Shown here: positions 31,241 to 41,485 of the stretch, one piece after another
How the letters are laid out: each line of letters starts with the position of its first letter
Numbering within the stretch: position 1 is the stretch's first letter
Translations under genes and position numbers: made by a program
The notes under the pieces: generated by a model
Told to the model about the DNA's origin: nothing
Seen by the model: only the letters and a program-made list of their open reading frames with translations
Databases searched by the model: none
Origin: Blastocatellia bacterium
GTDB lineage: Bacteria > Acidobacteriota > Blastocatellia > UBA7656
Assembly (NCBI GenBank): GCA_963765495.1
Contig: CAVXWP010000003.1
Location: 64,001-128,000, forward strand
DNA: 64,000 bases
Direction of reading: 5' to 3'

Positions 31241-32401
31241 ATGAAAGAAATGAGCGACAACGTGGGGCGAGCGATATACAGGCTGGAACGCGAGCATCTC
31301 CAGCAATTGTTCGATGTGTTGGTTGCGAAAGGTCACAGGTTGCTTGGCCCTGCTATTCGTGACGGAGCCATCGTGTATGATGAATTGAGTTCAAGCTCCG
31401 ATCTTCCAACAGGCTGGACCGACGAACAGGATGGAGGCACATATCGCCTAAAGCGTCGTGCCGACCAGGCCATCTTTGGATTTGCGGTCGGCCCGCATTC
31501 GTGGAAAAAGTTTCTGCATCCGCCCGCACTACGTCTGTGGCAATTAAAGCGCAAAGGTAATGGCTTTCGAGTGATCGAAGAAGAGGCGGAGTCGCCAAAA
31601 TTTGCTTTCATCGGAGTCCGCGCGTGCGAGTTGCACGCCATACGAGTTCAAGACAGGATATTTCTGGATGGCAAGTACGTTGATCCCACCTACAAAATCC
31701 GGCGTGATGGTTGCTTTATCGTGGCAGTCAACTGTAGTCAGGCGGGAGGCACTTGCTTCTGTGTTTCGATGAATACGGGACCGAAAGCGACATTCGGGTT
31801 TGATCTCGCTCTGACCGAGGTGCTGGAAGGCGAGAGCGCTTACTTCATTGTTGAAGTTGGTACCCGTCAGGGCGCGGAGGTGCTCTCTGAGATTCAACAT
31901 CGCGAGGCGCAGGCTCAGGAACAGGCAGCGGCGGAACGCATTCTTGAAAACACCGCCCAACAGATGGGCCGCTATCTCGAGACCGACGGGATCAAAGAAC
32001 TGCTTTATCGCAATTACGAGCATCCGCGCTGGGATGAGGTCGCATCGCGCTGTTTAACCTGCGCCAACTGCACGATGGTCTGCCCCACCTGCTTCTGCAC
32101 GACTGTCGAGGACGTGACGGATTTGAGCGGAGAGACGGCAGAGCGATGGCGGAAGTGGGATTCCTGCTTCACAATGGATTTTTCTTATCTGCATGGTGGG
32201 AGCGTTCGCGCGACGACAAGGGACCGGTATCGCCAGTGGCTGACTCACAAGCTGGCGACCTGGATCGATCAGTTCGGCACATCGGGTTGTGTGGGCTGCG
32301 GGCGCTGCATCACATGGTGTCCGGTGGCGATCGACATCACCGAAGAGGTTCGCGCCATGCGTGAAACCGAATCACATGGGGCACTCAGGAGCGGAGGTTG
32401 A
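31241..32401 (+). CDS. hydB: Group 3b (sulf)hydrogenase beta subunit, 4Fe-4S dicluster
   Basis: [38 protein letters not shown]. Confidence 0.9.
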   Translation: MKEMSDNVGRAIYRLEREHLQQLFDVLVAKGHRLLGPAIRDGAIVYDELSSSSDLPTGWTDEQDGGTYRLKRRADQAIFGFAVGPHSWKKFLHPPALRLWQLKRKGNGFRVIEEEAESPKFAFIGVRACELHAIRVQDRIFLDGKYVDPTYKIRRDGCFIVAVNCSQAGGTCFCVSMNTGPKATFGFDLALTEVLEGESAYFIVEVGTRQGAEVLSEIQHREAQAQEQAAAERILENTAQQMGRYLETDGIKELLYRNYEHPRWDEVASRCLTCANCTMVCPTCFCTTVEDVTDLSGETAERWRKWDSCFTMDFSYLHGGSVRATTRDRYRQWLTHKLATWIDQFGTSGCVGCGRCITWCPVAIDITEEVRAMRETESHGALRSGG

Positions 32402-32402
32402 T

Positions 32403-32867
32403 ATGGAAACACTGGAACGGCTGCTGGCCGAGCATCCCTTTTTTCAAGGTATGGAAAACCGTCACCTCGAGCTGCTCGTCGGGTGCGCGTCGAATGTCCG
32501 CTTTGAGGCGGGCCAGTATCTTTTTCGTCAGGGCGAAGCGGCCAATCATTTTTACCTCATCAGACATGGAAAGGTAGCCATCGAGATTCACGCTCAGGAG
32601 CGAGGCGCGATCATACTTCAGACAATAGGCGAAGGCGAGGTCGTAGGCTGGTCGTGGCTTGTATCTCCGCATCGCTGGATGTTCGACGCGAGAGCCGTGG
32701 AACTGACACGCGCCGTCGCGCTCGGCGGCGAATGTCTACGCCGAAAGTGCGACGAAGATCACGATTTAGGTTATGCGTTGCTCAAACGATTCGCCGGGGT
32801 CATCACCGAGCGGCTGGAGTCGGTGCGGTTGCAACTGATCAATATTCACGGCCCGCTTGGCTTGTGA
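32403..32867 (+). CDS. Cyclic nucleotide-binding domain protein
   Basis: [26 protein letters not shown]; no HTH. Confidence 0.85.
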   Translation: METLERLLAEHPFFQGMENRHLELLVGCASNVRFEAGQYLFRQGEAANHFYLIRHGKVAIEIHAQERGAIILQTIGEGEVVGWSWLVSPHRWMFDARAVELTRAVALGGECLRRKCDEDHDLGYALLKRFAGVITERLESVRLQLINIHGPLGL

Positions 32868-32874
32868 CAGGTGA

Positions 32875-33720
32875 ATGATTATGACGACTGACATCGCCGA
32901 CCCGATGCTGCCCGCGCCCTACCGTGTTGAAAGGGTCTGGCGGGAAACGCGCGATACTTTTACACTCGCGCTCGAACCGATCAATGGCTCATCTCTGCCG
33001 ACTTTCGCTCCCGGGCAGTTCAATATGCTTTACCTGTTTGGCGTGGGAGAGGTCCCCATCTCGATCAGCGGCGATCCAGACAATCAGCAAAAATTGATGC
33101 ACACAATCCGCGCTGTGGGAACGGTCACACGCCCGATGCGGCAATTAAAACGCGGAGACGTAGTCGGCGTGCGCGGTCCGTTCGGCAACCCCTGGCCGGT
33201 TGAGGAAGCCATAGGGAAAGATGTTGTGATCGTGGCGGGCGGGCTTGGAATGGCTCCGCTACGTCCGGTCCTCTATCACCTATTATCTCATCGCGAGCAG
33301 TATGGGCAGGTAGTTTTACTTTACGGCGCGCGAGCACCAGGTGATTTGCTCTATCATAAAAGCCTCGATAAATGGCAGAGGCGGGCAGACCTGGAAGTCG
33401 CCTACACGGTTGATGTGGCAAGTGGTGACTGGCGCGGCAATGTGGGAGTTGTGACTACGCTTATATCGAAGGCAGTAGTTCATCCACAACATACGACTGT
33501 GATGATCTGCGGCCCGGAGGTAATGATGCGCTATGTGATATTGGAACTGGAAAAGCGCGACTTGACGGCAGAAAACATCTTCATTTCAATGGAACGAAAC
33601 ATGAAATGCGCCGTCGGCTTCTGCGGGCATTGCCAGTTCGGGCCGACCTTCGTATGCAAAGACGGCCCGGTCTTTCGCTATGACCATATCCGACCGTTCT
33701 TTGAGTTGAGGGGAGTATGA
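32875..33720 (+). CDS. hydG: Group 3b hydrogenase gamma subunit (FAD/NAD(P), 2Fe-2S)
   Basis: [37 protein letters not shown]. Confidence 0.9.
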   Translation: MIMTTDIADPMLPAPYRVERVWRETRDTFTLALEPINGSSLPTFAPGQFNMLYLFGVGEVPISISGDPDNQQKLMHTIRAVGTVTRPMRQLKRGDVVGVRGPFGNPWPVEEAIGKDVVIVAGGLGMAPLRPVLYHLLSHREQYGQVVLLYGARAPGDLLYHKSLDKWQRRADLEVAYTVDVASGDWRGNVGVVTTLISKAVVHPQHTTVMICGPEVMMRYVILELEKRDLTAENIFISMERNMKCAVGFCGHCQFGPTFVCKDGPVFRYDHIRPFFELRGV

Positions 33721-34535
33721 CGACGAAACGGAGACGCAAACCAAAACTTGCGGTCTGGAAATTCGCCTCGTGCGACGGCTGCCAATTGAGCCTGCTCGAT
33801 TGCGAAGATGAGTTGCTTGCCGTCGCCGACGAGATTCAAATTGCCAACTTCATGGAAGCCTCGCGCGCAGTGATCAAGGGGCCGTACGATCTGTCGCTCG
33901 TCGAAGGATCGATTACAACATCACATGACGCTGAAAGAATCAGACAGGTGCGCCGGGTCTCTAAATCCCTCGTCACCATCGGCGCGTGCGCGACGGCCGG
34001 AGGCATTCAGGCGCTACGCAATTTCAAAGATGTTAAAGAGTTCGTCCGTCTGGTTTACGCTACGCCTGAGTATATCTCGACGCTTGAAAGGTCCACGCCG
34101 ATCTCCGAGCACGTCAAGGTGGATTTCGAATTGCGGGGCTGTCCCATCAACAAGCGGCAATTGCTCGAAGTTATCAGCGCATGTCTCGGCGGGCGCAAAC
34201 CGAATACTCCCGCGCATAGCGTCTGCGTCGAATGCAAGCTACGCGGAACGGTTTGTGTGATGGTAGCCCACGCTACCCCGTGTCTTGGCCCGGTTACGCA
34301 CGCGGGCTGCGGGGCGATCTGCCCGTCATACAGTCGCGGTTGCTATGGATGCTTCGGGCCGATGGAGACGCCCAACACCGGATCACTCGGCGACTGGTGG
34401 AGTCATCTCGGCGTCAGGGACACGGAGATTGCGCGCGCCTTCCGGGGATTTAATGCCTGGGCCGAACCGTTTCGTCAGGCAAGTGAAGCCTTTGAAAGTG
34501 AAGACTATGAAAAAGAGGAGAACGATAAAAGTTGA
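33717..34535 (+). CDS. hydD: [NiFe]-hydrogenase small (delta) subunit
   Basis: [35 protein letters not shown]. Confidence 0.9.
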   Translation: MTTKRRRKPKLAVWKFASCDGCQLSLLDCEDELLAVADEIQIANFMEASRAVIKGPYDLSLVEGSITTSHDAERIRQVRRVSKSLVTIGACATAGGIQALRNFKDVKEFVRLVYATPEYISTLERSTPISEHVKVDFELRGCPINKRQLLEVISACLGGRKPNTPAHSVCVECKLRGTVCVMVAHATPCLGPVTHAGCGAICPSYSRGCYGCFGPMETPNTGSLGDWWSHLGVRDTEIARAFRGFNAWAEPFRQASEAFESEDYEKEENDKS

Positions 34536-35799
34536 CTATCTGGCTCGTGTCGAAGGCGAAGGTGCGCTCTACGTCAAAATCCGAGGTGATGCGGTCGAGG
34601 ATGTAAAGCTGAAGATCTATGAGCCGCCGCGTTTCTTTGAGGCTTTCCTGCGCGGGCGACATTTCAGCGAGGTTCCTGACATAACGGCGCGTATCTGTGG
34701 CATCTGTCCCGTCGCTTATCAAATGAGCGCGGCCCACGCGATGGAGGCCGCCTTTGAGGTTAAAGTCGAAGGGCAATTGCGGGCGCTCAGACGACTGATC
34801 TACTGCGGCGAATGGATTGAAAGTCATGCTCTGCATATCTTCATGCTGCACGCACCGGACTTCCTCGGTTACCAGGGCGCGATAGAGATGGCTAAGGATC
34901 ATCCGCAGATAATCGAGCGCGGCCTAAGATTGAAAAAGGCCGGTAACGAAATCATTTCGCTCATCGGCGGCAGAGAGATTCATCCTATCAATGTCCGCGT
35001 CGGCGGCTTCTACAAAGTCCCGGAAAGGCGTGACCTGCGGGAGCTTCGAGAGAAGCTTAAGCGCGCCCGTGATGAGGCGCTTGAGAACACGCGCTGGGTG
35101 GCCTGTCTGCCTTTTCCGAACTTCGAGCAGGATTATGAATTCGTCGCTCTCAGTCACAGGGACGAATATCCCTTTAATGAAGGAAATCTTGTTTCCAACA
35201 AGGGGCTTGCAATCTCTGCCCGTGAGTTTGACCAGCACTTCTTTGAAGAGCATGTCAGTCATTCCAACGCATTGCATTGCGTTTTAAAAGGGCGAGGTGC
35301 TTATTCGGTTGGGCCGCTTGCGCGTTACAGTCTGAACTTCGACAAGCTTTCCCCTCTGGCGCGGGAAGCGGCGCGAGAGGCCGGGTTGAGCGAAGTCTGC
35401 CGCAATCCGTTTCAGAGCATCATCGTCCGCAGCATCGAGATGCTTTACGCATTTGACGAGGCGCTGTCGATTATTGACCGTTACGAAAGGCCGGACAACC
35501 CTGCGCTTGAGATTGAACCGCTGGCGGCCACCGGATACGCTTGCACCGAAGCGCCGCGAGGGACACTTTATCATCGCTACGTAGTAGACGATGAAGGTAT
35601 CATCCTTGACGCTAGAATCGTTCCGCCGACCTCGCAAAATCAGAAAACCATTGAAGACGATCTCAGGGAGTTTGTTTCCGGGCGAATCAATCTGTCTATA
35701 GATCAACTTACCTGGCAGTGCGAGCAAGCGATTCGAAATTATGATCCGTGCATCTCGTGCGCCACGCACTTTTTGAAACTGCATCTGGAGCGGGAGTGA
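34507..35799 (+). CDS. hydA: [NiFe]-hydrogenase large (alpha) subunit, group 3b
   Basis: RVEGEG, L1 RICGIC, L2 DPCISCATH plus cleavable tail. Confidence 0.95.
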   Translation: MKKRRTIKVDYLARVEGEGALYVKIRGDAVEDVKLKIYEPPRFFEAFLRGRHFSEVPDITARICGICPVAYQMSAAHAMEAAFEVKVEGQLRALRRLIYCGEWIESHALHIFMLHAPDFLGYQGAIEMAKDHPQIIERGLRLKKAGNEIISLIGGREIHPINVRVGGFYKVPERRDLRELREKLKRARDEALENTRWVACLPFPNFEQDYEFVALSHRDEYPFNEGNLVSNKGLAISAREFDQHFFEEHVSHSNALHCVLKGRGAYSVGPLARYSLNFDKLSPLAREAAREAGLSEVCRNPFQSIIVRSIEMLYAFDEALSIIDRYERPDNPALEIEPLAATGYACTEAPRGTLYHRYVVDDEGIILDARIVPPTSQNQKTIEDDLREFVSGRINLSIDQLTWQCEQAIRNYDPCISCATHFLKLHLERE

Positions 35800-35801
35800 A
35801 C

Positions 35802-36254
35802 ATGGAAGTTCTGCTCATAGGCTGTGGCAACGAGTATCGCAGCGATGACGCGGTGGGGCTGATAGTCGCGCGGCTTGCAAAGGAAAGAACGACGGAGCGG
35901 AACACTGTACGCGAAGAGAGCGGCGAAGGCGCGGCATTGATGGATTTATGGCGAGGGGTACAAACAGTAATTCTCATAGACGCTGTTTGTTCAGGGGGGG
36001 GAGCGGGCACGATTAATAGGATCGAAGCGCACCGCGAGAGGCTTCCGGCAAAGTTTTTTAGCTGTTCTACGCATGCCTTCGGTGTAGCCGAAGCGGTTGA
36101 ACTGGCGCGGGTTTTGAATCAACTTCCTACGCGGCTGATTGTTTACGGCATAGAAGGAAAGAGCTTCGCCCAGGGCATCGGGCTATCTCCCGAAGTCAGC
36201 GAGGCGGCCGACAGAGTGGTCGCTTGTGTGCTCGAAGACTTATCGCAGAAATGA
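35802..36254 (+). CDS. Hydrogenase maturation protease
   Basis: GCGNEYRSDDAVG, LIDAV, STH. Confidence 0.9.
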   Translation: MEVLLIGCGNEYRSDDAVGLIVARLAKERTTERNTVREESGEGAALMDLWRGVQTVILIDAVCSGGGAGTINRIEAHRERLPAKFFSCSTHAFGVAEAVELARVLNQLPTRLIVYGIEGKSFAQGIGLSPEVSEAADRVVACVLEDLSQK

Positions 36255-36687
36255 AGCGATCTGTATAGTCTGTCGCTGATGAAATAGTGAAGAAAGTGTC
36301 TCGGCCAAAAAATGATACCCACCATTTTTCGAAACAGCTTGCACCTCAATCGGTCTCGGCAGATCGCCGAAGTTCTGGCTCGGCACAGTCTCGGCCAGCA
36401 GTCTGAGTCTAAAAGAAATCTTTTGAGCAGATAATACTGCGAATAGCCCGCGAATTTACACGAATTATTTAGGCTGATTTGTTCGAAACAAGGCTCCCTT
36501 TTGTCAATTAGTGGAAGTACGCTAATGAGCAAAAGGCCCTCTGCCTGCGTTGGTTCGCCGAAGCTCGGTGGCCGCCGGGCAAACTGGTTTCCTTCAGTCT
36601 GGTAAAAAGCTATAATTTTTCGCGTTCTGTATTCGATGCGGGCTAGGGTTCCTGATCCCTCACAGCGGTTCCAAATAGAGGGTGGTC

Positions 36688-38814
36688 ATGAAAGACGAAA
36701 AACTCTTGAATTACATCTCCGTCTTGCGCTCTCGCCTGGAGGTTTTCGAGCAGCAACTTGCCCGGTCGGCAATCCAGGTAGATGACGCCCTCGCCAAAGC
36801 TCTACAGGATTTGCGCTCAACTCTGGAAGAACTCGAATCACCAGGTAATGTCTTTGAGGGATATACAGGCTCGTGTGTAGATATAACTGACCAAAAGCAG
36901 TTGGAAGCATCGCTGCACGAGAACCAGAACCAGTTGGCCAGTATTATCGCTTCGGCAATGGATGCGATAATCACAGTTGATAGCGACCAGCGCATCGTGC
37001 TTTTCAATGCGGCTGCCGAAGAGATATTTGGCTATCCGGCAAGCGAAGCCATAGGAAAACCACTCGACCTGTTTATACCTAAACGATTTCGCGCCGCGCA
37101 TAGCGAGCATATACGGAATTTTGGCAAGACCAGTATTCCTTCCCGTTTGATGGGATCGCTTGGAACTGTTTCAGGCTTGCGCGCCGAGGGCGAGGAATTT
37201 CCCATAGAAGCCTCAATATCACAGGTGGAGATTGGAGCCCAAAAACTCTTCACCGTGCTTATTCGTGACATCAGCCGCCGCATGCAGGATGAGGATAAGT
37301 TTCGACAGCAGGCTGCCCTTCTCGATCAGGCAACAGATGCCATTCAGGTCCGAGATCTTGAAGATCACATACTGTTTTGGAATAAAGGTGCCGAGCGAAT
37401 CTATGGCTGGACGGTTGAGGAGGCAATGGGAAGAGATGTGAAGGAGCTTAATTACATGGAGGGTTGCGATGACTTCTACGAAGCCAAACGAATACTTCTG
37501 GAGAGAGGCGAATGGTCGGGCGAGACTCACCCTGTGACAAAGAGCGGGCAGAAGATTATCGTTGAGAATCGCTGGACCCTATTGCGTGACCGGGAAGAAA
37601 ATCCGGAATCGATCCTTGTAATCAATACCGATGTCACCGAGAAAAGGAAGATGGAAGCGCAGTATCTCCACGCACAGCATTTGGAGATCATCGGGACACT
37701 TGCAGCCGGAATTGCCCACGATATGGGTAACATAATCTCTCCGATTATGCTTGCTACGCGGCTGCTTCGTCCGAACATGAAAGACGACGAAAGCGAGGGC
37801 TTGCTTTCGATGATTGAGAGGAACGGGCAGCGGGGAGCAAAACTGTTAAAGCAGATTCTTGGATTTGCAAAAGGGAACGGGGAGCAGCCCGTGATACTTC
37901 AGCCCGCATATATCATCAGAGAAGTAGGGGCAATCATTAAGGAAACATTTCCGAAATCCATAGTGCTTAAGAGTAAATTACCAGATGATCTCTGGTCTAT
38001 TAAAAGTGACGCTACGCAACTCAATCGAGTATTGATGAATCTGTGCATAAACGCTCGCGATGCGATGCCGCGAGGCGGCGAGCTAACTATAAACGCAGAA
38101 AATATCGAGATAGATCGTATGTATGCAACTACGAGCGGCAAGATGCAGGCCGGGCCTTACATCCTTATTACGGTTGCCGATACAGGATCGGGAATTGCCG
38201 CCGAGGATATGGATAAGATATTTGAGCCTTTTTTTACAACTAAGATGTCGGGCGAGGGAACAGGGCTTGGGCTTGCCAATGTCGTTGAGATAATCCAACG
38301 CCCCGGCGGATTTATCGATGTCAATAGCGAGATGGGAAAAGGTACAGAGTTTAAATTATATCTCCCGGCGGTCGGAGCAACAGAGATTCAGACACCGGAA
38401 CCGGAGAAACTCAATCTTCCGCTGGGACGGGGAGAGTTAATTCTCGTAGCCGATGACGAGGTGACAATACTTGAAATTACGGGAAAGATGCTTGAGGTAT
38501 ACGGCTACAGAGTCTTGCCAGCGAGCGATGGGGTGGAAACCATATCGCTGTATAACCAGAACAGAGATGAGATTGAACTTGTGCTGCTCGATATGATCAT
38601 GCCATTCATGGATGGGGTGGCAACTATTCGGACTCTGAAGAGGCTAAATCCGAAAGTCAAGATCATCGCAAGCAGCGGGTTTTCTGAATCGCTCGATGAT
38701 GCTGAAAGGCTCGGGGTGCGTGCGACTATATTGAAGCCCTACACCGCACAAGAGTTACTGACTCTGCTTTCCGATGTGTTCCCCCAAAGCATAGCTAAAG
38801 ATAATCAAATTTGA
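36688..38814 (+). CDS. Hybrid PAS-PAS histidine kinase with C-terminal receiver
   Basis: Two PAS domains, IAHDMGN H-box, NARDAM, DTGSG, GTGLGL, receiver LLDMIMP. Confidence 0.92.
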   Translation: MKDEKLLNYISVLRSRLEVFEQQLARSAIQVDDALAKALQDLRSTLEELESPGNVFEGYTGSCVDITDQKQLEASLHENQNQLASIIASAMDAIITVDSDQRIVLFNAAAEEIFGYPASEAIGKPLDLFIPKRFRAAHSEHIRNFGKTSIPSRLMGSLGTVSGLRAEGEEFPIEASISQVEIGAQKLFTVLIRDISRRMQDEDKFRQQAALLDQATDAIQVRDLEDHILFWNKGAERIYGWTVEEAMGRDVKELNYMEGCDDFYEAKRILLERGEWSGETHPVTKSGQKIIVENRWTLLRDREENPESILVINTDVTEKRKMEAQYLHAQHLEIIGTLAAGIAHDMGNIISPIMLATRLLRPNMKDDESEGLLSMIERNGQRGAKLLKQILGFAKGNGEQPVILQPAYIIREVGAIIKETFPKSIVLKSKLPDDLWSIKSDATQLNRVLMNLCINARDAMPRGGELTINAENIEIDRMYATTSGKMQAGPYILITVADTGSGIAAEDMDKIFEPFFTTKMSGEGTGLGLANVVEIIQRPGGFIDVNSEMGKGTEFKLYLPAVGATEIQTPEPEKLNLPLGRGELILVADDEVTILEITGKMLEVYGYRVLPASDGVETISLYNQNRDEIELVLLDMIMPFMDGVATIRTLKRLNPKVKIIASSGFSESLDDAERLGVRATILKPYTAQELLTLLSDVFPQSIAKDNQI

Positions 38815-38967
38815 ATCTTGCCTGGTGTCATCACAGGCTTGGAATTACAGCCCTCGTGGGTCTATGAGTTCAATTTATTGCTTATCTAAACACGCGGTCC
38901 ATGAAATAAGTGGTTGACAAAAGGGCCTCAAGCCGATGATCAAGCGCGCTTGATTGTTCCAATAGAT

Positions 38968-39570
38968 TCAAATGGCAGCTCTGGCAGCAACCGGCTTCCG
39001 CACGCGGCTCAGTTCTTTTGAAAGTGTCTGGTAACGCAAAGCGCGACTTATTGCTCGATCAAGGCGTGAGAGCAAAAAAGGTTTACTCAGATATTCGAAC
39101 ACCCGCTGCCGCGCTGCCTCAATTTCAATTTCAACCCGGGCAGATGCTGACATTAAGATGACCTGAGTGTAAGGATGCCTAGCCCGGACAAACCGGCAGA
39201 GTTCAAGCCCATCAGCCCCCGGAAGGGACATGTCGGTCAGAACCAGATTGAAAGCGATAGTCTGAAACACCTCCATTGCCTCTTCGGCACTCCCCGTCGC
39301 GACACAGGAGAAGTTTTCGCTGAGGTAGTCTGCAATTACCTTGCGCATCGAGGGATCATCTTCGACAAGCAAGATAGCAGCAATTCTCGGTTTAGAGGAA
39401 ATCGCACCGGGATATACCACGAAACACACTAAATACACGAATAATTCTTCTATTTCGTGTGCTTCGTGTATTTCGTGGTTCACTTCTTGTTAAGACAGAA
39501 TTTCTAAACCGAGAATTGCTGGCAAGATAGATACTTTTCCGTTGAGCTTGCGCTGGTCTGCGGTATTCAA
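38968..39570 (-). pseudogene. Single-domain response regulator interrupted near its 5' end by the MITE
   Basis: ILLVEDD, LTDMSLPGADG, KPF; removing the MITE and one TSD copy restores NGKVSILLVEDD; native start uncertain. Confidence 0.8.
39378..39521 (-). mobile_element. 144-bp MITE, copy 2, with 9-bp target-site duplication
   Basis: GCAAGATAG at 39369-39377 and 39522-39530 flanking 19-bp TIRs. Confidence 0.93.
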
Positions 39571-39827
39571 TTCCTTATATAGCCACAGTAGACCTTGCGC
39601 CTATTCTCCATCACGAGTCTGGATTTAAGAAAAGCCTGTTACAACTGGCCGGCATGCTTTTTGGAACAGCGACAATTCTTGTGCTACATGGTCTTCTTCA
39701 TTAATCTCCCTTCGACATGGGCCGAGATTCAATCCCACCGAGGTTGATCTTGGAATACAAAGTGCCTTTCGATCAGTATCCTGGGACCTTCTACTTTCCG
39801 ATTATAAAAACAAGGTCTTCACCGTAT

Positions 39828-39864
39828 TGCGTAAACCTCCCCAGAAGCTGCGCATAACCTCGCA
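39828..39864 (+). promoter_or_regulatory. Tandem 16-bp enhancer-like sites
   Basis: TGCGTAAACCTCCCCA and TGCGCATAACCTCGCA, 21 bp apart; similar pairs at 55520 and 63457. Confidence 0.6.
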
Positions 39865-39934
39865 GCAAAATAACAACAAAATGAGATCAAGGGCGATAAC
39901 AAGCAAATAACGAGCAAAATCGAACTGTCCGAAT

Positions 39935-39950
39935 CGGCATAGTTGTTGCG
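39935..39950 (+). promoter_or_regulatory. Putative sigma54 promoter
   Basis: CGGCAT-AGTTG-TTGCG, GG-N10-GC, upstream of the amidohydrolase-ppsA operon. Confidence 0.65.
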
Positions 39951-40006
39951 AGTCAATTCTATTACGACGTGGAAAAACTATAGTGATTGCGGAAGCGGAG
40001 ATCGCC

Positions 40007-41476
40007 ATGCGAACCTTCTACTCATTCCTACTACTCCTTGCCCTACTTACCCCTCCTGTCTCTGTGCCGAACCGTAGTCCTCAACAAAACTGTTTGGTCG
40101 TTTCACATGTGAACATCATTGATGCTACCGGCGCGCCTGTCAGGCCGGATATGATCGTAGTGATTACAGGCGACCGGATAAAAGAGATTGGAAAAACCGG
40201 AGAAATTACCATACCCGAAAGAGCCGAACTGATAGACGGCACGGGCAAGTTCTTAATCCCCGGCCTGTGGGATATGCACCTTCACGTATTGTGCGGGGAG
40301 AGGGCTGAAATATTCTTCCCGCTGCTTGTAGCCAACGGTATAACAGGGGTGCGTGATATGGGCAGCCCACCCGAAGAACTTGAACTCATCAAGCAATTGC
40401 GCAAGCAAGTGGCAGAAGGCATTCTCTCAGGTCCTCGCTTCGTCGCTTCCGGCCCGATTGTAGACGGACCAAAACCGATGTTTCCATCCCTTTCTGTTGC
40501 TGTCGGAAATGCCTTTGAAGGACGGCACATGGTGGGCGTTCTAAAGGAGCGAGGAGTAGATTTTATAAAAGTCTATTCGCTGCTTCCGCGAGATGCATAC
40601 TTCGCTATTGCCGATGAGACAAATCGTCAAGGCATGCCATTTGCCGGTCATGTGCCGGATTCTGTCAGCGCGGTTGAAGCGTCGGATGCCGGACAGAAAA
40701 GCATCGAGCACCTGAGCGGCATTCGACTGGCTTGTTCAAGTAGCGAGCAAGAGCTTAGAAAATATCTGCTCGAAGCAAGAGCGAAGTCCGACCCTGCGCT
40801 CCTTTATAAAGCCCTGAGTCAGATCAAAACAAAAGGCGGTCAGACATATAATAGCGAAAAGGCTGAGGCGTTATTTGCCGATTTCGTAAAAAACGGCACC
40901 TGGCAAGTTCCTACGCTCGTCGTATCTCGGGCCGTTGCCTCGGTCAAGGATCGCGATCTTAAGGCCGCGCGACTGATCAAGGTGCAAGTCCAGAAGCAAA
41001 AGAGCGATTGCCTGCCATATGACTTAACCTCAGACAGCCTCATTGTCACAAAAGCAGAACTCCCCGCCGCTTTTGATTTGGTGGCTGTAATGCGCCGGGC
41101 AGGCGTCAAGTTTATGGCAGGCACAGACGCGCCAACTCCGTGGCTTGTTCCGGGACCGAGTTTGCACGAGGAGCTTTCGCTGCTCGTTACGGCCGGATTT
41201 ACACCTATGGAAGCGCTTGAGGCCGCGACCCGCAACCCGGCCGAGTACCTCGGAATGCTCGATTCGCTCGGTACAGTTGAAGCAGGTAAGATTGCTGACC
41301 TCGTCTTACTGGAAGCCAATCCACTCGAAGCCATCAGCAATACTCGAAGAATCTCGGCAGTCATACTGCGAGGAAGATTGATCCCAAAAGAGGAACTTGA
41401 ATCATTGGCATCCAGAGCGCAAATGGCACTGAACAACGGGAGTGACATTATGAAAGTCACTCGCAAAGCACGATGA
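40007..41476 (+). CDS. Secreted amidohydrolase-family protein
   Basis: PGLWDMHLH, GITGVRDMG, IEH, AGTD, GKIADLVLL..NPL. Confidence 0.88.
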   Translation: MRTFYSFLLLLALLTPPVSVPNRSPQQNCLVVSHVNIIDATGAPVRPDMIVVITGDRIKEIGKTGEITIPERAELIDGTGKFLIPGLWDMHLHVLCGERAEIFFPLLVANGITGVRDMGSPPEELELIKQLRKQVAEGILSGPRFVASGPIVDGPKPMFPSLSVAVGNAFEGRHMVGVLKERGVDFIKVYSLLPRDAYFAIADETNRQGMPFAGHVPDSVSAVEASDAGQKSIEHLSGIRLACSSSEQELRKYLLEARAKSDPALLYKALSQIKTKGGQTYNSEKAEALFADFVKNGTWQVPTLVVSRAVASVKDRDLKAARLIKVQVQKQKSDCLPYDLTSDSLIVTKAELPAAFDLVAVMRRAGVKFMAGTDAPTPWLVPGPSLHEELSLLVTAGFTPMEALEAATRNPAEYLGMLDSLGTVEAGKIADLVLLEANPLEAISNTRRISAVILRGRLIPKEELESLASRAQMALNNGSDIMKVTRKAR

Positions 41477-41485
41477 GGAATTATT

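Noticed and set aside
34285-34506. Long N-terminal extension of the hydrogenase large subunit
   Set aside because: Overlaps the small-subunit gene; the family start is ATG 34507. Similar over-extensions in the ORF track were trimmed for atpB, atpR, the cNMP gene, the protease, the BON genes and the PLP enzyme.
30890-39521. Composite transposon carrying the hydrogenase
   Set aside because: The outer flanks share no TSD, and copy 2 has its own TSD, so it inserted independently.
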